Virus record (IMG/VR): IMGVR_UViG_3300032301_000767
Location: 6,370 to 70,369 of that record
Source of the DNA: a virus
Lineage: Duplodnaviria; Caudoviricetes
DNA length: 64,000 bases
Direction: 5' to 3' (one strand)
The position numbers and the translations under genes were made by a program. Numbering within the stretch: position 1 is the first letter of the stretch; every line of letters starts with the position of its first letter. Of this stretch, positions 56,422-64,000 are shown piece after piece. Under the pieces are notes generated by a model that saw nothing but the letters and a program-made list of their open reading frames with translations, searched no databases and was not told the origin of the DNA.

Positions 56422-56976
56422 ATGCCAATGGAGAATATAAAGACGCAGTTTAGTGATCTGATTCACAACTGGACAGTAATAGCAGTGGCAACACTGTTTT
56501 TGTTTTCTGGAAGTCCATCATCAATCGCTTTAACCGTGACAGAACCTTTAGTGAAAACTGAAGCCCAATTAAAGCAAGAAGTCTTAGATAGTTTTAGTAA
56601 AGAAATTTACAAGCCATCTGAGATGCTTACAGACGAAGATCTAGTTATGCTACTCAAGACTGTAGGATTCGAAGGAGCAGGCCTTAAAAAAGCCTGGTCA
56701 ATAGCAAAGCGTGAATCTAATGGAAGACCGCTTGCATATAACGGGGACAGAGAAACAGGAGATAGTTCTTACGGATTATTTCAAATAAACATGATCGGAG
56801 ATTTAGGTCCAGCAAGACTTGAAAAGTTCGATTTGAAGAGTAACAAGGAGTTATTCGACCCAGTAACAAACGCAGAGATAACGTATTACATGACCAATGG
56901 CGGAAGTGATTGGTCAGCTTGGAAGGGTATGACCCCAAGAGCTAAGGAATTTTATTTAAAATTTCCGACAAAGTAA
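56422..56976 (+). CDS. Secreted lysozyme-like/lytic transglycosylase
   Basis: N-terminal hydrophobic signal; catalytic RES motif, GLFQIN, DPVTNA, GSDWSAW. Confidence 0.8.
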   Translation: MPMENIKTQFSDLIHNWTVIAVATLFLFSGSPSSIALTVTEPLVKTEAQLKQEVLDSFSKEIYKPSEMLTDEDLVMLLKTVGFEGAGLKKAWSIAKRESNGRPLAYNGDRETGDSSYGLFQINMIGDLGPARLEKFDLKSNKELFDPVTNAEITYYMTNGGSDWSAWKGMTPRAKEFYLKFPTK

Positions 56977-56986
56977 AGGGGATGGG

Positions 56987-57208
56987 ATGAAGATACAATA
57001 TGTATCAACCTACATCTCCATGTCAGAAGATGGATTGGTTGAAAAGCTATTATGCCCAGTAGACCAATCCAATCTTTTTTGTAATCAAGACCTAGAAGAC
57101 AGAATATTTCTTTATTGTCTAGAATGCCAGTATAAAAACTTTATTGGTCTTGACCTGTACAATAGAATTATTAAGGCGGTAGAATTAAAGTATGTCAGTA
57201 ATAATTAA
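56987..57208 (+). CDS. Small Zn-ribbon-like protein
   Basis: CPVD...CLEC; coupled to neighbours. Confidence 0.6.
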   Translation: MKIQYVSTYISMSEDGLVEKLLCPVDQSNLFCNQDLEDRIFLYCLECQYKNFIGLDLYNRIIKAVELKYVSNN

Positions 57209-58157
57209 TGGTAAAGACTACGGAGACATAAAAGAGATTAGAGTTGGAATTCGTCCAGAATTTTCTTTTTTGTCCTCTAGGGCTCTTTCAGATAGAACTC
57301 GGATACTAAATGTTCCTATAGACCAGATTCAACACGGAATGATGATTTTTAATAGAGGCAAGGAAGAAATAATTGATTCTATATATGTAACACCAGAAGA
57401 TACAAGAACGTCTTTCTACCACCTCCATATATATAAAACATCTGGACTTTCACTCAGATCAAATATTTCTTCTATGTTTGCTGGGCTCCAATGCTACACA
57501 AATTTTATTGGGCTTTATGATGAGAAACAAGTACTTTCTTCAAAGTTAATATCTGGACACTTTTTTAGAAAACCAATAGAAGACTTTAAACTTGCAAACA
57601 AAAAGCTTCATTCTTTTACCTTGGTAAGAAATCCTATTGATAGGATGATTAGCCATTATGTATACGAAAGACATTTATACAGAGACGCCACAGTAAGCCT
57701 AGATGGATTTAACGAATTTTTGTACTCTGAACAAAGATCTATAGAAAATTTACAGTCAAAAAATATAACTTCTTCTATGGATACAGAAGCATCTAATATT
57801 GTAGCAAAAGCACTAATAAATGGAGAAGATTCTTTAGAAATGAATTTTAGAATTCTTGGGAAAACAAACAGACACATATCAAATCATACAAACGAACATA
57901 GATGGATGGAATACATGCCTGACTTTTCTTTAATAGGCACTATGGACAACAGAGATCGGTTTATGTCAAATTTAAACGATTTACTAAAAAGCGAAAATTA
58001 CAAAGGATCATTTGGGCCAGAGCAATTTGTTAATAAATCCAAAACAATAGCAGCAGATTTTAAAAAAACTTTAACTAAAGATATTATTGACAGGATATAC
58101 AACTTAAATGAATACGATTTTCAATTATATGATCATTTAATTTCTAAGGAGCTATAA
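57192..58157 (+). CDS. Sulfotransferase family protein
   Basis: HIYKTSG 5'-PSB motif, VRNPIDRMISHY 3'-PB motif, C-terminal N..D..LY. Confidence 0.75.
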   Translation: MSVIINGKDYGDIKEIRVGIRPEFSFLSSRALSDRTRILNVPIDQIQHGMMIFNRGKEEIIDSIYVTPEDTRTSFYHLHIYKTSGLSLRSNISSMFAGLQCYTNFIGLYDEKQVLSSKLISGHFFRKPIEDFKLANKKLHSFTLVRNPIDRMISHYVYERHLYRDATVSLDGFNEFLYSEQRSIENLQSKNITSSMDTEASNIVAKALINGEDSLEMNFRILGKTNRHISNHTNEHRWMEYMPDFSLIGTMDNRDRFMSNLNDLLKSENYKGSFGPEQFVNKSKTIAADFKKTLTKDIIDRIYNLNEYDFQLYDHLISKEL

Positions 58158-58255
58158 TGGAAAACGAATCTAAACCAATACCAATAACAGATGCAATGGG
58201 AAGAGAAATTTTTTGGGAAGACTTAGGGAGGCCAGACGATGCAAGAAAGCAATAA
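58157..58255 (+). CDS. Small hypothetical protein (32 aa)
   Basis: Manual translation MENESKPIPITDAMGREIFWEDLGRPDDARKQ; AAGGAG RBS; TAATG coupling. Confidence 0.55.
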   Translation: MENESKPIPITDAMGREIFWEDLGRPDDARKQ

Positions 58256-58430
58256 TCTAGAAGATAATTTGCCTATGGTTAATTATATAATGCTACATAG
58301 AATATATGACTTGCTTACAATAGTTGCAAATAGCATTGATCCAGATAAAACTTCAAAAATGATAGAGTTTCATGAGTCTGGATATCTCCTTGGGCCAGCC
58401 CCATCTTTTACACCACAGGATGAAGAATGA
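58239..58430 (+). CDS. Hypothetical protein
   Basis: GGGAGG RBS; ATGA overlap with P450. Confidence 0.65.
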   Translation: MQESNNLEDNLPMVNYIMLHRIYDLLTIVANSIDPDKTSKMIEFHESGYLLGPAPSFTPQDEE

Positions 58431-59830
58431 AAAAAACAACTTCCCCATTCTTTAATCAAAAAAGAAGATACCCCTTTGTACCTAGAGTAATAACAAGAAA
58501 AAAATTACGTAATAGCGATTTTAAAGACTCTATACCTAAAACTATATCTCCAAAAGAGCTATTATTTAAATCATGGAAAAACAAGGCAGAAGTTTTTAAA
58601 GAAATTAGAGATAATTATGGTCCGTGCTCATCATTTTTTATTGGCAACGAGCTAACAATAACAGCATTTTCACCAGAACTTGTTTATGAGGTTTTAGTTG
58701 GACAACAAAATAAATTTATTAAAGGTAATGGATGGAACAGGATAAGAAAATTTGCTGGTGATGGCCTTGTAACAGCCGAGCAACCAAGCCATATAAAGAA
58801 TCGAAGAATGATACAGCCAAACTTTAACCATAAAAAAATTATAGAAGAATACTCTAAGGTTATGGTAGAAAAAACAACCGAAAAGGCAAACTATCTACAC
58901 GCTTCAAAAAATAAACTGGATTTGCATGAACAGATGGTTTCTTTAGTTTTTGATATAGTTTTAGAAGCACTTTTTGGAGTCACAGAAAAAAAAGATTCTG
59001 CTTCAGTAAGAAAAAATATGGAAATTGCAATGGATTCAGTTGAAAGAACAATTGCAGCTGGTCTTGATAGATATGACTTTACATCGCTTCCAGTATTTAA
59101 AAAATTTAGAACAGCTTCATTAGATTTGCATGAATTTGCTCTTTCTCTTATAAAAGAAAGAAAAGCCGAGGGCAGTGAAAAAGAAGATTTGCTTACATTT
59201 TTAATAAACTCTGAAATGACACCACAACAAATATCAGATGAAGTGCTTACAATTATTTTAGCTGGATTTGAAACGACAGCCAACACCTTATCTTGGGCAT
59301 TTTCTTATTTACATGCAAATCAAGATGTATATAACTTAGTAGTCTCTGAATCACAAAGAGTTATTAATTCTGAAAACTTTTTAGAGGAAGTAAATGAGTC
59401 TAAAATTCTTGATAGCATTATTAAAGAAACATTAAGATTAAATCCTTCACTTTGGGTACTGCCAAGGATGGCAGCAGTAGACGTAACAATTGGTGAGTAT
59501 TTTATACCTAAAGGATCTAATGTAATTATGTCTCCGTTTGTAACTCATAGGGATTCTTCAGTGTATGAAGATCCAAACTCTTTTATTCCAAGCAGATGGG
59601 ATGGAGATTTCGAAAAAAATCTTCCTAGGGGTGCTTATATACCATTTAGCGCTGGCCCAAGAAAATGTATTGGTGACCAATTTGCTTTACTTGAAATGAA
59701 AATAATCATTGCAATTTTTTCAAGCATGTTTAAAATTGAAACTGTTGGAAAATTTCCAGAATCTGCAGCTAGAGGAACATATAGGCTTGCTCGTAGAGTA
59801 AAGATAAAAATAAAAAATAATAATGTATAA
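58427..59830 (+). CDS. Cytochrome P450
   Basis: I-helix AGFETT, K-helix ETLR, PSRW meander, heme motif FSAGPRKCIG. Confidence 0.95.
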   Translation: MKKTTSPFFNQKRRYPFVPRVITRKKLRNSDFKDSIPKTISPKELLFKSWKNKAEVFKEIRDNYGPCSSFFIGNELTITAFSPELVYEVLVGQQNKFIKGNGWNRIRKFAGDGLVTAEQPSHIKNRRMIQPNFNHKKIIEEYSKVMVEKTTEKANYLHASKNKLDLHEQMVSLVFDIVLEALFGVTEKKDSASVRKNMEIAMDSVERTIAAGLDRYDFTSLPVFKKFRTASLDLHEFALSLIKERKAEGSEKEDLLTFLINSEMTPQQISDEVLTIILAGFETTANTLSWAFSYLHANQDVYNLVVSESQRVINSENFLEEVNESKILDSIIKETLRLNPSLWVLPRMAAVDVTIGEYFIPKGSNVIMSPFVTHRDSSVYEDPNSFIPSRWDGDFEKNLPRGAYIPFSAGPRKCIGDQFALLEMKIIIAIFSSMFKIETVGKFPESAARGTYRLARRVKIKIKNNNV

Positions 59831-60395
59831 GATACCACCAACCATAGACAACCTAGAACTTTCTCATTCTTTAATGAACGACCAGATGCTGTCTTATAAT
59901 GACGATCAAACTTTATATTTTTTAAAAAACTTGTGTGACCAGCAACTTGGAATAAAAAACAGTGTGGATTTTATATACGAAAAAACAGACGATATTCTTC
60001 CATCTGTTACATGTATTATTTGTACAGATGGCCAAGTGACTGTGTCTATGGGTTTAACAAAATCAAGAATACCTATGAATAAAGGAGATGTTGTTATCTT
60101 CCCAAGTGAAATGCAGTATAGCGCAGATCCATCTGAAAATACAAAAGTTAAAAAAGTTTTATATAGCAAAAATGTAGATATTTCTTTGGGGTCTCAACAG
60201 TTTATTGTAACTTCAACTATTATAGATAAGTATGAAATATCAATAAATGCTGACAGCCAAGAAGAAGCTATAGAGAAAGCAAAGCTAGCCCCAATATCAA
60301 AATGGACGCACCTTGACCTTTATCCAGAAGTAAATGATAGGAAAATAATAAGGTACGGCAAATGGTGTAATTTTGAGTCAAGGCCATTGACTTAA
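59823..60395 (+). CDS. Hypothetical protein with cupin-like segment
   Basis: DGQVTV...MNKGDVVIFPS pattern. Confidence 0.5.
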   Translation: MYKIPPTIDNLELSHSLMNDQMLSYNDDQTLYFLKNLCDQQLGIKNSVDFIYEKTDDILPSVTCIICTDGQVTVSMGLTKSRIPMNKGDVVIFPSEMQYSADPSENTKVKKVLYSKNVDISLGSQQFIVTSTIIDKYEISINADSQEEAIEKAKLAPISKWTHLDLYPEVNDRKIIRYGKWCNFESRPLT

Positions 60396-60415
60396 CCTGC
60401 TATATATTTTATAAT
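60387..60415 (+). promoter_or_regulatory. Consensus promoter TTGACT-N17-TATAAT
   Basis: Boxes at 60387-60392 and 60410-60415; predicted start about 60422. Confidence 0.75.
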
Positions 60416-60421
60416 TACTTT

Positions 60422-60484
60422 GTGGGTTGAGTTCGCTCCTCACAGGCACCCAGTCGAATCCGCCTTTGGCTGGGTGCCACCCAT
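60422..60484 (+). ncRNA. Putative small structured RNA (three-way junction)
   Basis: 5' GUGGGU pairs with 3' ACCCAU, enclosing a GAG-UUCG-CUC hairpin and a 14-bp stem; GC-rich in an AT-rich context. Confidence 0.5.
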
Positions 60485-60510
60485 AAAAGCATAAATGATA
60501 TACTTTAACT

Positions 60511-61122
60511 ATGATACATTTTAAAAAGCAATATATCCATGAGTGCATATACTACATTGAAGATTTTTTAACTGCAGAAGAACTAAACATTCTTTATTCA
60601 GAAGCGGTTCAAGAAGACTGGCCTGAAGATAACTCAGATTTAGCTAGCACAGCAAAATCAAACTGGTCTGGCAAAATAAAAAGAATCAAGCATCCGTCAG
60701 TAATGAGAGAAATAATACTCAGAGTCAGAATGCAGATGCCACAAGACAAAAAATATTTAGCTTTTACTAATTCAAAGTCTATAAAAAGATACAGGGTTGG
60801 CGATTTGGATGAGGGCGGTAAATATGCCATGAATCCACACCACGATGGAATTAAAGATCCTTGGGAATTTGGCGGAATAATATATCTTAATGATAACTTT
60901 ACTGGCGGAGAAATAACGTACGAGAATATTGGCAAAACTGTTAAACCAAAGCCAGGAATGCTTGTAATGCATGAGGCAAATGAAGATTGTGTGCACAGAG
61001 TTGAGGCGGTTACAGAAGGCACCAGGTATATGATAACATTCTTTGCTGGAGACCCAGAAAATGAAAAGTTAAAAGAACAATTGCAAGATACATCAGAAAA
61101 GACAAGGCAAGGCAATGGATAA
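60511..61122 (+). CDS. 2OG-Fe(II) oxygenase, prolyl-4-hydroxylase-like
   Basis: HHD...YLNDNFTGGE...HRV...GTRY; leaderless, 6 nt after TGATATACT. Confidence 0.9.
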   Translation: MIHFKKQYIHECIYYIEDFLTAEELNILYSEAVQEDWPEDNSDLASTAKSNWSGKIKRIKHPSVMREIILRVRMQMPQDKKYLAFTNSKSIKRYRVGDLDEGGKYAMNPHHDGIKDPWEFGGIIYLNDNFTGGEITYENIGKTVKPKPGMLVMHEANEDCVHRVEAVTEGTRYMITFFAGDPENEKLKEQLQDTSEKTRQGNG

Positions 61123-61624
61123 TAATTTTTATACAGAGATAGAAAATTTTTTTGATGGCGATTTATATCAAAGAATTCTTGATTACGCTAGAGAAAATAA
61201 AGACTATGTTCTTTGCGGGTATGATCCAAATGGTTTCTGGGACAATCGTGCAAAAAGAATTGAGCCAGAGGATTTTAGACTAGAGCTTACATATAATTTT
61301 AAAAACAAAGTTTCTCTTCCAGAAGGAATTTCTGATGTAAACCCAGTAACGCTGGTTAAGTTTGTGGACTACGAAATAAATGGCCCAGATGAAAAATACA
61401 CAATTTCACCTCATTCGTTTAACAACCCACCACACTACTGGGACTATCAAATTATTATAAATCTAAACGATGACTACGAGGGTGGAGAAATAGAATTCCC
61501 AGACCAAAATATAGTAATTAATCAAAAGCCTAATAGCGCAGTTTGCTTTAGAGGTGACGTTGTTTACCAGCTAAATAAAGTTCGTTCTGGTAAAAAGTAT
61601 ATGATTACTTTGTTTGGTAAATAA
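61115..61624 (+). CDS. 2OG-Fe(II) oxygenase-like protein lacking the metal triad
   Basis: LNDDYEGGEIEFP conserved, but HxD reads HSF and the distal His is replaced by Tyr. Confidence 0.7.
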   Translation: MDNNFYTEIENFFDGDLYQRILDYARENKDYVLCGYDPNGFWDNRAKRIEPEDFRLELTYNFKNKVSLPEGISDVNPVTLVKFVDYEINGPDEKYTISPHSFNNPPHYWDYQIIINLNDDYEGGEIEFPDQNIVINQKPNSAVCFRGDVVYQLNKVRSGKKYMITLFGK

Positions 61625-62302
61625 TTAAAAAGTTTTTGCTTTTGGAAGCGCAGATTGATAGGCTGCATTTACAAGAGTAAAATCAATGCTATCTGAAAGG
61701 CTAGCCATTCTGTCTTGCATTTGTGTATAAAGTTCGTTTCTGTTTTGAGGATTTATAATTATATCTTTATTAAGAAAACTTCGGCTATCAGCTTCTAACA
61801 CAGCTAATTCAAATAAAGATTCAAACTCTGGAGATATAGAATACTCAGCAGACTGCAGTATGTCTTTTATAACTAAAATCTTTTTTTCATCATCAGTCAC
61901 ATCTTCAAACTTATAAACAAGATGCGTTGCATCTGCATATTTTTCTGTAGCTAAATAATATTTTTCTAATTTTTTTATCTCAACACTTACAGCTTTTATA
62001 AAAGTAACATCGTCATTTAATAAAGTGCCAGCAAGACTTGGATTTAATGATCCTTCTTTTCTTGAACTCATTATAAGTAATATCATCTGAGACAACACTA
62101 CGTCGTATGGATTTCTTAGAACAGTAACCTGAATTTCATTTTGATGTGTTGTTGTCCATTTACTAATCTTGCCAAGCATTGTAGAACCAACATCTAATTT
62201 TTCAAAAAATAAATCAGTATCTTTTTCCAAGCAATTTTTAATTAGCATTGATAAATAAGTGCTTGATGTTCTACGAGGGGCGTTCAGGATTATTTTCTTC
62301 AT
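61625..62302 (-). CDS. Sulfotransferase-like protein
   Basis: APRRTSSTYL PSB-like motif, LRNPYDVVLS, YKFED. Confidence 0.55.
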   Translation of the reverse strand: MKKIILNAPRRTSSTYLSMLIKNCLEKDTDLFFEKLDVGSTMLGKISKWTTTHQNEIQVTVLRNPYDVVLSQMILLIMSSRKEGSLNPSLAGTLLNDDVTFIKAVSVEIKKLEKYYLATEKYADATHLVYKFEDVTDDEKKILVIKDILQSAEYSISPEFESLFELAVLEADSRSFLNKDIIINPQNRNELYTQMQDRMASLSDSIDFTLVNAAYQSALPKAKTF

Positions 62303-62399
62303 ATACCTATTTTACACTATATTATGTTTAAACAGTGCAAAGTGCGAAAAAGTGAAAAGTGCGGCGGCAGAAGAAGACATTTAGGTATATAATTAATAC

Positions 62400-62564
62400 A
62401 TGAGCCCAAGATACTTTTCTAAATTTACACAAGCTCCCAGAGCTGATGAAAACTGGTGGCATTTTACACCAAGTAGGTATGAAGAAGGGTCATATGAATT
62501 CAAGATTCATATGTATAAGTTAAAGGTCTACGCAAAACTAAAGAAAATATTTAGAATTAAATAG
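62400..62564 (+). CDS. Small hypothetical protein (54 aa)
   Basis: Manual translation MSPRYFSKFTQAPRADENWWHF...; TATAAT 6 nt upstream of the ATG. Confidence 0.55.
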   Translation: MSPRYFSKFTQAPRADENWWHFTPSRYEEGSYEFKIHMYKLKVYAKLKKIFRIK

Positions 62565-62831
62565 CTATATATTAGCTTGAATTTCGTATCGTCTATTTTC
62601 AGTCAACTGAAATAATATGTTCATCAATTTAGCACAATCATCATGTCTCCACCACATGTCGCAATATCCGTCAGAAACATTTAAACACTTGTTGAGCTCG
62701 TTCTCCAGATACTCATTTACATAGCCTAGACAGCTTCTAGCGACCTTTTGGTAGTCGGTTGGATAGTTATTGCTGGCGGAAGTAGATTTGATCTCATAGA
62801 CCATCTGAGAGATGATTCTAGCTCTTATCAT
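62565..62831 (-). CDS. Hypothetical Cys-containing protein
   Basis: Start refined to ATG 62831 with AAGGA RBS. Confidence 0.6.
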   Translation of the reverse strand: MIRARIISQMVYEIKSTSASNNYPTDYQKVARSCLGYVNEYLENELNKCLNVSDGYCDMWWRHDDCAKLMNILFQLTENRRYEIQANI

Positions 62832-63360
62832 AGTTATCCTTATATTGTTTATCTTCTGTATGCCAGAAAGCAGCAGTATATCTTGTTCCTCCAGTAATTG
62901 GGAGTACCTCATGTACTATTGAAGCACTGAATATAATACAGTCTCCTTTTTTAGGTCTGTAATATTCCCCATATTCTGGAAATCCTATGTTCCCGCCCTC
63001 ATAATCATCATTTAAATAAACTACAGAACTATGAGACAGCATTCTTGTCCATTCAAGCGCATCATCTGTATGTGGCAAGCATCTTGATCCAGTTTCCCAT
63101 AATCCAAGATTAGCTGACTTTGTATATAGATCAACATCTAGGTTGTGCAGCTTAGATGCATTTGCTCCTTGCTCACAAAGAAAGTCATACACATCTGAAG
63201 TTAGTCTACAGACCTTATATCCAGCAATTTTAGAAAGATCAATTCCATTTCTTCCACGATCTTTTGCCCGTTCTTGAATTAACAGTATTGCTTTATCTGA
63301 ATCTTTATCTGATATAAAATTACTATAAACGTACACTGGAGCTTTACCTAATTTAAGCAT
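62818..63360 (-). CDS. 2OG-Fe(II) oxygenase, prolyl-4-hydroxylase-like
   Basis: HTD...YLNDDYEGG...HEV...GTRYT. Confidence 0.9.
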   Translation of the reverse strand: MLKLGKAPVYVYSNFISDKDSDKAILLIQERAKDRGRNGIDLSKIAGYKVCRLTSDVYDFLCEQGANASKLHNLDVDLYTKSANLGLWETGSRCLPHTDDALEWTRMLSHSSVVYLNDDYEGGNIGFPEYGEYYRPKKGDCIIFSASIVHEVLPITGGTRYTAAFWHTEDKQYKDNYDKS

Positions 63361-63989
63361 TAGGGCTTCAGTTCTTCTGGACCTACACCTATTTTAACAT
63401 CTTGTAGTAAATAGTACTCATCTTGAATCATTTTCTTATAATGATCTTCACCAGATGGGATTCTTGGCCAAAAGTCTATATTCCATATAAGTAGATCGAT
63501 TTCGCTTCCAGCCTTTAATGTTTTTTCTTCTCTCCAGTGCAGTTGATCAGTTCCAATAAACAATAAACCTTGATTAAATTTAAGATTAAATGTTTCTTCC
63601 CCGATCACAATTGCCCAGTCTTCATTGTAGTTTAGTTGCACATCAAATACTGCTTTATGGTAATCTCTTCTGTCAAAATGTGGAGCAAGCTTTGTTTGAT
63701 ATCCATATTCTGTATTATATCTAATAATAAATGGATCCTCATTGCAAAGCATTTTTTGATTAAAGGTTTTTACCATTAAATTCTCAACCGTCTTAAAAAC
63801 TCCTTCTATTTTATTTCTTTTTATAAGATATGAAGTTCTTCCGAATTCTGGTTCTAGTGGCTTTTCGTTTTTGTCAAAAGCAGCATAGATCTGATCTATT
63901 TCTAGTTGAGTAAAAACATTATCTATAACTACTGGCTTAAATTTAGCTAGCATCTCTGGATTTTCTAAATAATTTATTTGCTTTTCCAT
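63360..63989 (-). CDS. 2OG-Fe(II) oxygenase-like protein
   Basis: Y......LAPHFD...W.I...F.GTDQLHWRE. Confidence 0.75.
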   Translation of the reverse strand: MEKQINYLENPEMLAKFKPVVIDNVFTQLEIDQIYAAFDKNEKPLEPEFGRTSYLIKRNKIEGVFKTVENLMVKTFNQKMLCNEDPFIIRYNTEYGYQTKLAPHFDRRDYHKAVFDVQLNYNEDWAIVIGEETFNLKFNQGLLFIGTDQLHWREEKTLKAGSEIDLLIWNIDFWPRIPSGEDHYKKMIQDEYYLLQDVKIGVGPEELKP

Positions 63990-64000
63990 TAAATTGTTTC

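Noticed and set aside
60422-60484. tRNA gene
   Set aside because: No cloverleaf with anticodon and T arms and no CCA end; kept as a candidate ncRNA.
1-64000. Stop-codon reassignment or prophage/host junction
   Set aside because: The standard code gives dense, coupled, full-length genes using all three stops, and no integrase, att site or host housekeeping block is visible.

Overview
This 64 kb window is part of a large, AT-rich tailed dsDNA phage with a siphovirus-type gene order. An actinobacterial, possibly freshwater, host is inferred from PASTA-like domains, leaderless extended -10 promoters and gene content, but is not shown. The minus strand (1-56.1 kb) carries replication genes (SSB, primase, DnaB-like helicase, metallophosphoesterase) and a full tail module. 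That module includes a 2483-aa tape measure with an embedded R-S-E ADP-ribosyltransferase-like domain and tail chaperones joined by a CCCAAAC -1 frameshift. It also carries HK97-type head genes (portal, protease/scaffold, major capsid; no terminase in the window), a large fibre/decoration gene array, a holin-like gene and a class II RNR. The most striking feature is two fibre-like proteins that end in the same cassette: tandem FGFTP pentapeptides, an atypical Hint (intein-like) domain (Ser1 ... His-Asp/Ser+1) and a conserved helical tail. One of them heads an 11-gene tailoring operon with prolyl-hydroxylase-like 2OG-Fe(II) oxygenases, a GT60-like glycosyltransferase, DUF6065-like proteins, a GNAT-like protein and an SDR. 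This suggests a phage-encoded peptide/virion modification and autoprocessing system. A second tailoring island (57-64 kb) encodes sulfotransferase-like proteins, a cytochrome P450, more 2OG oxygenases and a small structured RNA with its own promoter. All family calls come from motif recognition by eye; no database searches were run.
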